Shown here: in pieces, positions 6,612 through 15,020 of the stretch
Numbering within the stretch: position 1 is the stretch's first letter
How the letters are laid out: each line of letters opens with the position of its first letter
DNA from: Deferribacterales bacterium
GTDB lineage: Bacteria; Chrysiogenota; Deferribacteres; Deferribacterales; Geovibrionaceae
Assembly: GCA_050253335.1 (NCBI GenBank)
Contig: JBFWJG010000049.1
Coordinates: 1 to 16,882, forward strand
Length of the DNA: 16,882 nucleotides
Direction: 5' to 3'
Position numbers and translations under genes: made by a program
Notes under the pieces: model-generated
Databases searched by the model: none
Seen by the model: only the letters and a program-made list of their open reading frames with translations
What the model was told of the DNA's origin: nothing

Positions 6612-7727
6612 TTACGGCCTCACGAGGAAGTTTTTATCCCAGTCCTTCATAACAGGGTCATAGCCCTTGGAGCGGAGCATGGAGCAGAATTCATCCACAG
6701 TCCTGTCGTCCTCTACCTTGAACTGCTTGCCTTCGTGCTCCTTGTTATAGCCGCCGGGCTCGGTCTTGGAGCCTGCGCTCATCTGCGTTACCCCCAGCGG
6801 GAGAAGGTGCTCCCTCATCTCGGCGGGCTCACGGGTGGAGATTACAAGGCCCGCGTCATGGAGGAAAAGGCGCAGTGCGAGCATGGACTGAACAAGGTTT
6901 TTGTCTTTTATTATTTCATAGGGCGTAAAATTGCCCGCGGCAAAGCGTATGCGGGGGAATGACACGGTGACGTGGGTCTTCCAGTACTGCTTCATAAGAT
7001 AACGGGCGTGGATGCCGACGAAAAATTCTTCGGTGCGGAAATCCTCAAGCCCCATAAGCGCGCCTATGCCCACTGTGCGGTAGCCTGCGGACGCTCCTCT
7101 GTCCGGCGTTTCAAGGCGCCAGTCAAAATCACGCTTTTTCCCCGCTGGGTGCACTCTGGCGTAGGTTTCCCTGTTGTAGGTTTCCTGATATATCGTCAGG
7201 CCGTCCGCACCGGAACTGCGCAGAGCGGCGTATTCCTCTGTGCTCATAGGGAAAACTTCTATGGAAAGTGAGCTGAACATATCCCTCAGCATGTCGCAGG
7301 TTCTGGCGAGATCCGAAACGCTCACCACCTTAGGCGATTCCCCCGTTACAAGGAGAAGATGCTGAATCCCCATATCGGCGATTGTTTTAGCATCGGCGAG
7401 TATTTCCTCATCCGTCAGGGTAACTCTGGGGATTTCGTTGTGCTTGTTGAATCCGCAGTAAACGCAGGAGTTTGTGCACTCGTTGGATGTGTAGATAGGG
7501 GCGTATATCTTGATTGTTTTGCCGAACCTCTGCAAAGTTATGCGGCTTGCTTCCCGTGCCATGGGCTCAAGGAAAGCCTCCGCCGCGGGTGAGAGCAAAA
7601 CGGCGAAATCGGTCTCTGTCAGGGTGTCTTTATTCATTACGGCGGCAACATCCGCCGCTGTCCTTGAGTGGATGAAGTTCTTGACCTCATTCCAGTCGTA
7701 TTCCTTATGTATCTGTGTGAATGTCAT
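6612..7727 (-). CDS. thiH: 2-iminoacetate synthase ThiH (radical SAM tyrosine lyase)
   Basis: YAPIYTSNECTNSCVYCGF, LLVTGE, YQETY, ISTRE, SAGSKTEPGGY, DPVMKDWD; follows thiG. Confidence 0.96.
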   Translation of the reverse strand: MTFTQIHKEYDWNEVKNFIHSRTAADVAAVMNKDTLTETDFAVLLSPAAEAFLEPMAREASRITLQRFGKTIKIYAPIYTSNECTNSCVYCGFNKHNEIPRVTLTDEEILADAKTIADMGIQHLLLVTGESPKVVSVSDLARTCDMLRDMFSSLSIEVFPMSTEEYAALRSSGADGLTIYQETYNRETYARVHPAGKKRDFDWRLETPDRGASAGYRTVGIGALMGLEDFRTEEFFVGIHARYLMKQYWKTHVTVSFPRIRFAAGNFTPYEIIKDKNLVQSMLALRLFLHDAGLVISTREPAEMREHLLPLGVTQMSAGSKTEPGGYNKEHEGKQFKVEDDRTVDEFCSMLRSKGYDPVMKDWDKNFLVRP

Positions 7728-7728
7728 T

Positions 7729-8505
7729 TTAATCTCTTAAAAATCCGGTGAGCGGGCTTGATGCCTCAGCTTTTTCCTTTCTGGAGGGCATTCCCGCATC
7801 ACGTGCAAGCACAGCCGCGTCCACAGCCAGCTTAAACGCCTCTGCCATTTTTACGGGGTCTCCCGCTGTTGCTATCGCCGTGTTGACGAGAACCGCATCC
7901 GCCCCCATCTCGATGGCGAGCGCCGCGTGGCTGGGTGCGCCTATTCCCGCATCAACCACAACAGGAACGTTTGCCTGCTCTATTATGATTCTCAGGTTGT
8001 CTTCCGTTCTTATCCCCTTGTTGCTGCCGATGGGCGCGCCGAGGGGCATAACAGTGACGGTGCCTATCTCCTCAAGCCGCTTGCAGAGAACAGGGTCGGC
8101 ATTGATGTAGGGCAGAACTTTGAACCCTTCCTTCACAAGGATCTCAGCCGCTTTGAATGTCTCGATGGGATCAGGGAGAAGATAATACGGATCGGGGGTG
8201 ACCTCAAGCTTAACCCAGGGTTCGCACCCTGCGGCGCGGGCAATTCTCGCCAGCCTGACAGCCTCTTCCGCATCTCTTGCGCCGGATGTGTTGGGGAGCA
8301 GGAGGTATTTTGAAGTGTCTATATGATTGAGTATATCGTCCTGCGGGTTGTTTATGTCCACCCTGCGCAGGGCAACGGTCACTATCTCGGCACCGCTTGC
8401 CTCAGCCGCGGCCGCCATAACGCCGCTTCCTGCGAATTTCCCCGTGCCCACCATGAGTCTGCTTCTGAAGGTTCTTCCGTCTATAATAAGATTTTTTGAG
8501 AACAT
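7729..8505 (-). CDS. thiG: Thiazole synthase ThiG
   Basis: [61 protein letters not shown]. Confidence 0.98.
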   Translation of the reverse strand: MFSKNLIIDGRTFRSRLMVGTGKFAGSGVMAAAAEASGAEIVTVALRRVDINNPQDDILNHIDTSKYLLLPNTSGARDAEEAVRLARIARAAGCEPWVKLEVTPDPYYLLPDPIETFKAAEILVKEGFKVLPYINADPVLCKRLEEIGTVTVMPLGAPIGSNKGIRTEDNLRIIIEQANVPVVVDAGIGAPSHAALAIEMGADAVLVNTAIATAGDPVKMAEAFKLAVDAAVLARDAGMPSRKEKAEASSPLTGFLRD

Positions 8506-8540
8506 GCTCTTTTACCGCCTGAATAACTGAATGTATTTCA

Positions 8541-8568
8541 ATAGTAATAGCCGCTGATTAAATGTCAA
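8541..8568 (-). promoter_or_regulatory. Putative sigma70 promoter of thiG
   Basis: Minus strand TTGACA (8568-8563), 16 bp, TACTAT (8546-8541). Confidence 0.5.
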
Positions 8569-8715
8569 CAATATATTGACAGATAAATATTGTCTCTGAT
8601 GCCCCGGTGTCCGCCCCTGAATACCCTTGCCAAAAATTAAAATAGGCGTAAACTTAGTTGCGTCAATTTTGTCAGGTAGAATGGACAGACAATATAAACC
8701 TGCGAGGATTTCCAG

Positions 8716-9840
8716 ATGGATTTTTGCAATCTTAAAAGCCAGTATTCATTAGTAAAGGAAGACATCGACCGCCGTGTCATAGCCGTTTTTGAACACGGAA
8801 GATACATTTTCGGCCCCGAAATAACGGAGCTTGAGAGAAAATGCGCCGAATTCTGTGGTGTTAAGCACGCCCTCGCCGTTTCCTCCGGCACTGATGCCCT
8901 GCTTATGGGGCTGATGGCTTATGATGTTAAGCCCGGGGATTATGTAATAACCACCCCTTTCACATTCATAGCAACCGCCGAGATGATAGCCCTTCTCGGC
9001 GCTGTGCCTCTCTTTGTCGACATAGAAGAGACAACATACAACATCGACCCCGCGAAGCTTGCGGAACTGCTGAAAAATCCTCCTGTGGACAAAGCGAAGA
9101 TCAAAGGCGTCATCGCCGTTGACCTATACGGCCAGATGCCCGATTACGCGGCAATAGAAAAGGTTATAGCTGACAGCGGTCTTGATCTCTTCCTCATGGA
9201 GGATGCGGCGCAGAGCTTCGGTGCCGTGCAGAGGGGCAGACGTGCATGCTCCTTCGGGAACATAGCCGCCACATCCTTCTTCCCCTCCAAACCTCTCGGC
9301 TGCTACGGGGACGGCGGAATGGTTTTCACCGACTGCGACACTCTGGCGGAGAAGATGGGCTGGATCAGAAACCACGGGCAGAACGAGAGATACCGCCACA
9401 AAATAGTCGGCATAAACGGCAGGCTGGACAGTGTTCAGGCGGCAGTGCTCCTCGGCAAGTTTGATCTTTTCGTAAACAAAGAGATAGAAGGGCGCGACAG
9501 AATCGCCGCTATGTACACCGAAAGGCTCTCTAAGATAAATGGCGTGAAAACTCCTGTTGTTACAGACTTTAACCGCTCAGTGTGGGCGCAGTACTCCATT
9601 ATGGTGAAGGACAGGGACGGTCTCGCCGCTCACCTCGGCTCAAAAGGCATACCAACTGCGGTTCATTACCCCATCCCCCTGCACATGCAGGAGGTTTTCG
9701 TTGACCTCGGCGTTAAAAAGGGTGCGCTCCCCGTCTCCGAAAAAGTGGCGGCGCATATAATGAGCCTCCCCATGTGCGCATACAAAACAGAAGAAGAGAT
9801 AAGCACAGTGGCGAACGCCGTTGCGGATTTTTTTAAGTAA
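8716..9840 (+). CDS. DegT/DnrJ/EryC1/StrS PLP-dependent sugar aminotransferase (WbpE-like)
   Basis: VSSGTDAL, PFTFIATAE, VDLYGQ, EDAAQSFGA, SFFPSKPLGCYGDGG (PLP Lys), NGRLDSVQAAVL. Confidence 0.93.
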   Translation: MDFCNLKSQYSLVKEDIDRRVIAVFEHGRYIFGPEITELERKCAEFCGVKHALAVSSGTDALLMGLMAYDVKPGDYVITTPFTFIATAEMIALLGAVPLFVDIEETTYNIDPAKLAELLKNPPVDKAKIKGVIAVDLYGQMPDYAAIEKVIADSGLDLFLMEDAAQSFGAVQRGRRACSFGNIAATSFFPSKPLGCYGDGGMVFTDCDTLAEKMGWIRNHGQNERYRHKIVGINGRLDSVQAAVLLGKFDLFVNKEIEGRDRIAAMYTERLSKINGVKTPVVTDFNRSVWAQYSIMVKDRDGLAAHLGSKGIPTAVHYPIPLHMQEVFVDLGVKKGALPVSEKVAAHIMSLPMCAYKTEEEISTVANAVADFFK

Positions 9841-9879
9841 GTATTACAGCATAGAAAAATAAACGGGTTTTGAAGGGTT

Positions 9880-9920
9880 CGGGGAAACTTTGTTCCAAAA
9901 AGGTTTCCCCGTTCTTTTTT
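9880..9920 (+). terminator. Rho-independent terminator (possibly part of a dispersed REP-like repeat)
   Basis: CGGGGAAAC...GTTTCCCCG hairpin followed by TTCTTTTTT. Confidence 0.75.
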
Positions 9921-9979
9921 AAAAGCATGGAAATTTGATTTTTATTGACTGCGATCCTTTTTCAGGCTTTACTTTCCGG

Positions 9980-11314
9980 ATGGAAAAAAACCGCGCATTC
10001 ACAGAGCATTTCAGCAGAATTTTAGGTACGGATTCCGAGGCGTTTTTCGCTTCCCTTGAGCCTATGCCCTCAAAGCATATACGCATGAACACCAAGCGCG
10101 GCATAAACTACCTGCCCGAAATATCGGAGCACGGCATAATCCTTGAGAATGACAGGCGTTTCCCCGCGGTTTACAAGGTGATTGAAGGGGCGGAAAAGCT
10201 CACCTCCACAGTGTCGTTTCAGACCGGAGGATTTTATATCCAGAACCCTTCGTCTGTCTTTCCGCCGGATGTTCTGTGCAGGTTTCTTCCTGAAAACCCC
10301 GCTGTCATGGATGTTTCCGCCGCTCCCGGGGGGAAGACCGTCGCTCTTTGCGATATGCTGAAAAACAGCGGTGTCGTGGTCGCCAACGAGCCCTCGTCGA
10401 AAAGGCTGAGATCTCTGGAATTTAACCTTGAGAAATACGGCTGCTGGAGCGCTAAAACCGTCTCCTTTGACGGGCGCGTGCTGGACAGGCACATGGAAGA
10501 AACCTTTGACGGCATACTTCTGGACGCCCCGTGCAGCAACGAAAATAAAATATTCCGCAACGAAACAGTGAACGCCTCATGGGAGCCAGCCCTTGTGGAG
10601 CGCATGGCAAAGCTCCAGCGGGAGATTCTGGATTCCGCCTTCAGATGCCTCAAGAAAGGAGGAGTGCTGGTTTATTCCACATGCACTTTCTCGGTGGAGG
10701 AGAACGAAGGGGTTATCGGCTCGTTCCTTGCTGATAATGACGAGGCTGAGCTTCTGGACATCTCCGAAGGCGAGGCGACATACGGGATCAGCGGCAACTC
10801 CGCCGTGGATGAGAAAGTGCTCCGCGTTATGCCCCATAAGCTCCCCTATGACGGTTTTTTCATAGCCGCACTGAGGCGCAGAGGGGACGAGGCTGAGGGC
10901 TGCGCCTTAAAAGTGAAGAGAGACAAACAGCTTGATTCCCTTTTTTACGAGCTTCCGGCAAACCTTTCCGTTTCTCAGGGGTCAAACATTGCATATATAG
11001 AAACAGGCTGTGTTCTGGAGGCGAGGGTACGCCTCAGTAAAAGCGGCATACTCCTCTGGAAGCGCCCCGGAGAACTCAGCGCGCAGTGCGCCTGGGAACT
11101 GGGCGCGAATCTGCGCCCCGAATACCGCGCGGAGACGGATCTGAGCGGTGCGGTGCGCTATCTTAAAGGATTTGACACGGATAAAACGTCCGATTATCAT
11201 ACTCCGGTTCTTTACTACGGGGAGATTCCGGTCGGAACAGTCAAAACAGTTGACGGCAGATTTAAAAACAAGCTGGACAGGTATTTTTTGTATGGAAAAA
11301 ACATTGAGTTCTAA
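9980..11314 (+). CDS. RsmB/RsmF (NOL1/NOP2/Sun) RNA m5C methyltransferase, RsmF-like
   Basis: FYIQNPSS, DVSAAPGGKT, VVANE, LLDAPCS, LVYSTCT, ENE, YDGFFIAAL. Start chosen at ATG 9980. Confidence 0.88.
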   Translation: MEKNRAFTEHFSRILGTDSEAFFASLEPMPSKHIRMNTKRGINYLPEISEHGIILENDRRFPAVYKVIEGAEKLTSTVSFQTGGFYIQNPSSVFPPDVLCRFLPENPAVMDVSAAPGGKTVALCDMLKNSGVVVANEPSSKRLRSLEFNLEKYGCWSAKTVSFDGRVLDRHMEETFDGILLDAPCSNENKIFRNETVNASWEPALVERMAKLQREILDSAFRCLKKGGVLVYSTCTFSVEENEGVIGSFLADNDEAELLDISEGEATYGISGNSAVDEKVLRVMPHKLPYDGFFIAALRRRGDEAEGCALKVKRDKQLDSLFYELPANLSVSQGSNIAYIETGCVLEARVRLSKSGILLWKRPGELSAQCAWELGANLRPEYRAETDLSGAVRYLKGFDTDKTSDYHTPVLYYGEIPVGTVKTVDGRFKNKLDRYFLYGKNIEF

Positions 11315-12575
11315 ACTTTCAGCAATTTTCATATTATTTGCGGTTCTTCTCACCGCTTTCGGCGCTCAGGCGCAGCAGCAGCTTTCAAGCAATGTGTTTG
11401 CCTACAGAAGCGAGCCTTTCGTTGCCGTGGTGGTGGATAAAAGCACCAGTGTTCTGTACATAGTTGAAATGAAAGAGGGCAGACCGGAAATAATCGCCAA
11501 AACTTCCGTTCTGGTCGGCGGCGGCGGCGGGGATAAAAAGGTCTCCGGCGATATGAAAACCCCCGAAGGGGTTTACTACATCACGGGCTATCTTTCTCCG
11601 GAGGAGCTGAGAAAGGCTTACGGCAGTGTGGCGGATGATTACGGCACGGGAGCTTTTCCCCTGAACTATCCCAACTTCTTCGACCGTATAAGCGGCAAAA
11701 CAGGCAGCGGAATCTGGATTCACGGAAAAAGGGTGGACAGAAAAGAGCAGACCACAAGGGGCTGTGTCGCCCTTGAGAACGATGTTCTTGATAAATATAA
11801 GCAGTATCTTAAACGGGGCGTTCCGGTTGTGATCGCCAGAAAGGTTGAGTTTGAGCAGCTTCATAACTACGAGTCCGAAAAGGCTTTCCTGAAACAGAAG
11901 CTGGATGATCTCGTGGCCTCATGGGAAGGGCTTGACTTTGAAAACTTCGCATCCCATTACCACATAAAGTTCAGAAGCGGCTCCGGCGAGAACTACGCGC
12001 AGTATCTCGGCAAGAAGAAGACGCTTATGAGGCTTTACCCCGAACGCAGGATAGAGATCTCCTCAGTGCGGGCCTTTAAAGAGAACGGAGATGAGTTTGT
12101 CTATGATTTTGACCAGCTTTACTGCGCTGACAACATACTGGCTTACGGCAACAAGAGGCTTTATCTGAAAAAAGAAGTGGACGAGCTTAAAATAATCGCC
12201 GAGGAGTTTTTCTCCGAACCCTATGACGCTCTGATGCGGGAGAGGGCGGCGGACTTCATAGAAAACTGGAAAAAATCATGGGAAAGCATGGACATGGAGA
12301 AATACATGGCGGCTTACTCCCCAGCCTTTTCCTCCGACGGTTTCAGCTATGAAACATGGAAAGCGGACAAGACAGACAAGTTTCAGAAATATTCTGAAAT
12401 TAAGATTGGAATAGATAATATAAAAATTTCGCAAGTTTCCCCCAAAAGGGTGAGAGTGAGCTTCACTCAGCACTTCAGCGGAGACTCCTACAGTGATACG
12501 GGGATCAAAACCCTTGAACTTGAGGGCTGCCCCGGGGATTACAAAATCAGGAGCGAAACCTGGAGAGCCCGATGA
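11292..12575 (+). CDS. L,D-transpeptidase/carboxypeptidase (YkuD domain) with C-terminal NTF2-like repeats; Csd6/Pgp2-like
   Basis: Signal peptide (AQA); VVVDKS, GDMKTPEGVY, FPLNYPNFFD, KTGSGIWIHG, TRGCVALEN; two W-x3-D-x6-Y-x3-F segments. Start chosen at ATG 11292. Confidence 0.88.
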   Translation: MEKTLSSKLSAIFILFAVLLTAFGAQAQQQLSSNVFAYRSEPFVAVVVDKSTSVLYIVEMKEGRPEIIAKTSVLVGGGGGDKKVSGDMKTPEGVYYITGYLSPEELRKAYGSVADDYGTGAFPLNYPNFFDRISGKTGSGIWIHGKRVDRKEQTTRGCVALENDVLDKYKQYLKRGVPVVIARKVEFEQLHNYESEKAFLKQKLDDLVASWEGLDFENFASHYHIKFRSGSGENYAQYLGKKKTLMRLYPERRIEISSVRAFKENGDEFVYDFDQLYCADNILAYGNKRLYLKKEVDELKIIAEEFFSEPYDALMRERAADFIENWKKSWESMDMEKYMAAYSPAFSSDGFSYETWKADKTDKFQKYSEIKIGIDNIKISQVSPKRVRVSFTQHFSGDSYSDTGIKTLELEGCPGDYKIRSETWRAR

Positions 12576-14095
12576 AGAAAACCCTGACGCTTTTAATTCT
12601 GCTTTTTACCGCAGTTCTGTCATTCGCCCAGACACGCCCCTACACCGAGAATCAGGTGTATTTCAAGGGGACGGAGTATGAACTGGATGTCTACAAGATT
12701 TACGGCAGGCAGGACGGAAGAACAATGCTTATCATGGGCGGTATTCAGGGGGACGAGCCGGGAGGCTTCCTCTCTGCCGATCTCTATGCGGATATGCGCC
12801 TTGAGAAGGGGAATCTTATAGTTATCCCCAGAGCGAACTTCAAGTCTGTGATCCTCTTTGACCGTGAAACCGAAGCGGACATGAACAGAAGATTCACCAA
12901 AGACTTAGGCATTATGGAGATGGACAAGGTCGTCGCGGTTATCATAGAGCTTATGGGCGAATCGGATGTTTTTCTCAACCTTCATGACGGCTGGGGATAC
13001 CACAACCCCAAATATATTGATCAGTGGCGCAACCCTTCAAAATTCGGACAGTCCATAATCACCGATGCTGATATATTCACCTGCGACGACGGGAGGCTTC
13101 TGGATCTCAAAACTCCGGCAAAAAAGGTTCTTGAGGCGGTGAACAGAAGCATAGGCGAGGAACGCTACTTCATGCATTACTTCAACACCAAAACCGAAGA
13201 TCCCCTCACTAAGTTTACTGACATGCGCAAAACAGCCACATATTACGCGCTGAAGCATTTTTGTCTGCCCTCATTCGGCGTGGAGTCTTCAAAAAATCTC
13301 CCATCGGTTGAGCTCAAGGTTCTTCACCATAACTATGCTGTGAACGAATTTATGAGATATTACGATATAGTTCCCGAGCATCCGAGGATTTTTCTGAAGG
13401 CTCCCCGCCTTAACTATGCAGTCATCAAGGTTAATGACGAGGTTGTGACTGTGGAGGACGGCAAAACCGTTTTTGCTGACAGAGGAGACATAATAGAGAT
13501 AACAAATGTGGATGCCAACTACGACAGAGGCATCTCCTGCGATATTCTCGGAATGGGCGACCTGAACGACTGCGGGAAGCAGATTCAGGTTTCGGGCGAA
13601 TCCCGTATCGTTTTCCGCAAGGACAACCAGAAAATGGGCGAGATAAAGCTTGCATACAAAACAAAAACAGCCTCCGCCGCTCCCGTGAAAACCCCTGTTC
13701 AGCCTGTTGTGAAGACTCCCGAACAGCCGAAACAGCCTGTTCAGCAGGCAGGGGAAAACCTTGTCCCCTCCAGAACAAACGTTATCTTTGTGATGAAGAT
13801 TAACGGGGCCGAAAGGCGTGTCGCCTCCGGCGGATCAGTGAAAGTTAAAAAGACCGATGTTATTGAATTCATAGAAGCTCTCGGCGGTGATTTCGGCTCG
13901 CCTGACGTCCCTGTAAACGTGAAAGGCTATGTTCCGGCCGGAGCAGTGAACAACGGGGATGACAGAGGCTACAGAATCCGCATGACGGATCACTTCATGC
14001 TGAAATACTCCCGTGACGGCAAAGGCAGTGCCTACCCCGTGATTGCCGGCAACAGCCGCAATGAGATAGGCGAAATCTGGCTTGAGATTGAGTGA
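12572..14095 (+). CDS. M14/M99 zinc carboxypeptidase, Csd4/Pgp1-like D,L-carboxypeptidase
   Basis: Signal peptide; GGIQGDEPGG (Gln in place of the first Zn-binding His), DMNRRF, LNLHDGWG, FGQSIITD, TYYAL, FGVESSKNL. Confidence 0.88.
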   Translation: MKKTLTLLILLFTAVLSFAQTRPYTENQVYFKGTEYELDVYKIYGRQDGRTMLIMGGIQGDEPGGFLSADLYADMRLEKGNLIVIPRANFKSVILFDRETEADMNRRFTKDLGIMEMDKVVAVIIELMGESDVFLNLHDGWGYHNPKYIDQWRNPSKFGQSIITDADIFTCDDGRLLDLKTPAKKVLEAVNRSIGEERYFMHYFNTKTEDPLTKFTDMRKTATYYALKHFCLPSFGVESSKNLPSVELKVLHHNYAVNEFMRYYDIVPEHPRIFLKAPRLNYAVIKVNDEVVTVEDGKTVFADRGDIIEITNVDANYDRGISCDILGMGDLNDCGKQIQVSGESRIVFRKDNQKMGEIKLAYKTKTASAAPVKTPVQPVVKTPEQPKQPVQQAGENLVPSRTNVIFVMKINGAERRVASGGSVKVKKTDVIEFIEALGGDFGSPDVPVNVKGYVPAGAVNNGDDRGYRIRMTDHFMLKYSRDGKGSAYPVIAGNSRNEIGEIWLEIE

Positions 14096-14367
14096 TGAAA
14101 CGGATTGAAATACGTGTGAAGGGAAGAGTGCAGGGCGTGGGCTACAGGGCGTTTGTGCACAACGGCGTGGCTCCCCTCGGCGTGGGCGGATATATCCGCA
14201 ATGTTGCGGACGGCAGTGTTGAGATTGTTGCCGAAGGCACTGAGGCTCAGCTCACGGAAGTGCTGAAAAAGGCACGTGCGGGCTCGCCCTTTTCCGAAGT
14301 AACGGACATGACCGTTGTGGAGGGAAAGCTCACGGGCGAATTCTCCTCCTTTGAGATAAGAAACTGA
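14095..14367 (+). CDS. acyP: Acylphosphatase
   Basis: VKGRVQGVGYR, GYIRNVADGSVEIVAEG, FEIR; ATG overlaps the upstream stop codon (TGATG). Confidence 0.95.
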   Translation: MKRIEIRVKGRVQGVGYRAFVHNGVAPLGVGGYIRNVADGSVEIVAEGTEAQLTEVLKKARAGSPFSEVTDMTVVEGKLTGEFSSFEIRN

Positions 14368-14369
14368 TA

Positions 14370-15020
14370 ATGAATAGATATAAACTTCTGATATTCGACT
14401 TTGACGGCACACTCGCAGCCACGGAACCCGCCATACAGTTCTGCATGAAAACAGCGTTCAGGGAATACGGCCTTACTCCGCCGGACGAGAAGTCCGTGCG
14501 GGACGCCATCGGGATTCCGCTGATGCGGATGATCGCTCTTCTCGGCGGGTTGGATGATGCGGCGGCTCAGGAAGTGACGGATATTTACAGAAAATATTAC
14601 CGCAAAGAGGGGATGGCGATGACTAGGCTTTTTCCTTCTGCCTTTGACACGGTGAAAAACCTGCACGGCACAGGCTATGACATAGCAGTGATAAGCAATA
14701 AAAACCACGCCGTGGTGGTGCAGTCTGTGGAGGTAACGGGGCTTATGCCTTTCTGCGGACTTGTGGCGGGGGAGCGTGACGGTCAGTTCCAGAAACCGCA
14801 CCCGCAGGCATTTACGGAAATAATTGTGCCCCGTTTCGGCGTGGCGGCGTCTGAATGTTTAATGATAGGCGACGCTGTACAGGATACGGGTTTTGCCCTC
14901 AATTGCGGCATGGATGCGGCGTGGGCTTCATACGGTTTCGGGAATGAAACGGAGTGTATGAACAAAAATGTTAAATTCGTGCTTAATGATATTTCGGAGT
15001 TAACCGATATACTTGGTTGA
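14370..15020 (+). CDS. HAD-superfamily hydrolase, phosphoglycolate phosphatase-like
   Basis: FDFDGTL, ISNK, KPHP, IGDAVQD, YGFG motifs. Confidence 0.9.
   Translation: MNRYKLLIFDFDGTLAATEPAIQFCMKTAFREYGLTPPDEKSVRDAIGIPLMRMIALLGGLDDAAAQEVTDIYRKYYRKEGMAMTRLFPSAFDTVKNLHGTGYDIAVISNKNHAVVVQSVEVTGLMPFCGLVAGERDGQFQKPHPQAFTEIIVPRFGVAASECLMIGDAVQDTGFALNCGMDAAWASYGFGNETECMNKNVKFVLNDISELTDILG

Noticed and set aside
8587..8700. Possible 6S or other structured ncRNA closed by a 9-bp terminal inverted repeat
   Set aside because: No extended internal pairing or recognisable conserved motifs; a candidate promoter lies inside it.
11148..11291. Longer N-termini from the ORF track (also starts at 2619, 3743, 6132, 9935)
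   Set aside because: Downstream starts give proper signal peptides, RBS or family-typical N-termini and avoid long overlaps.
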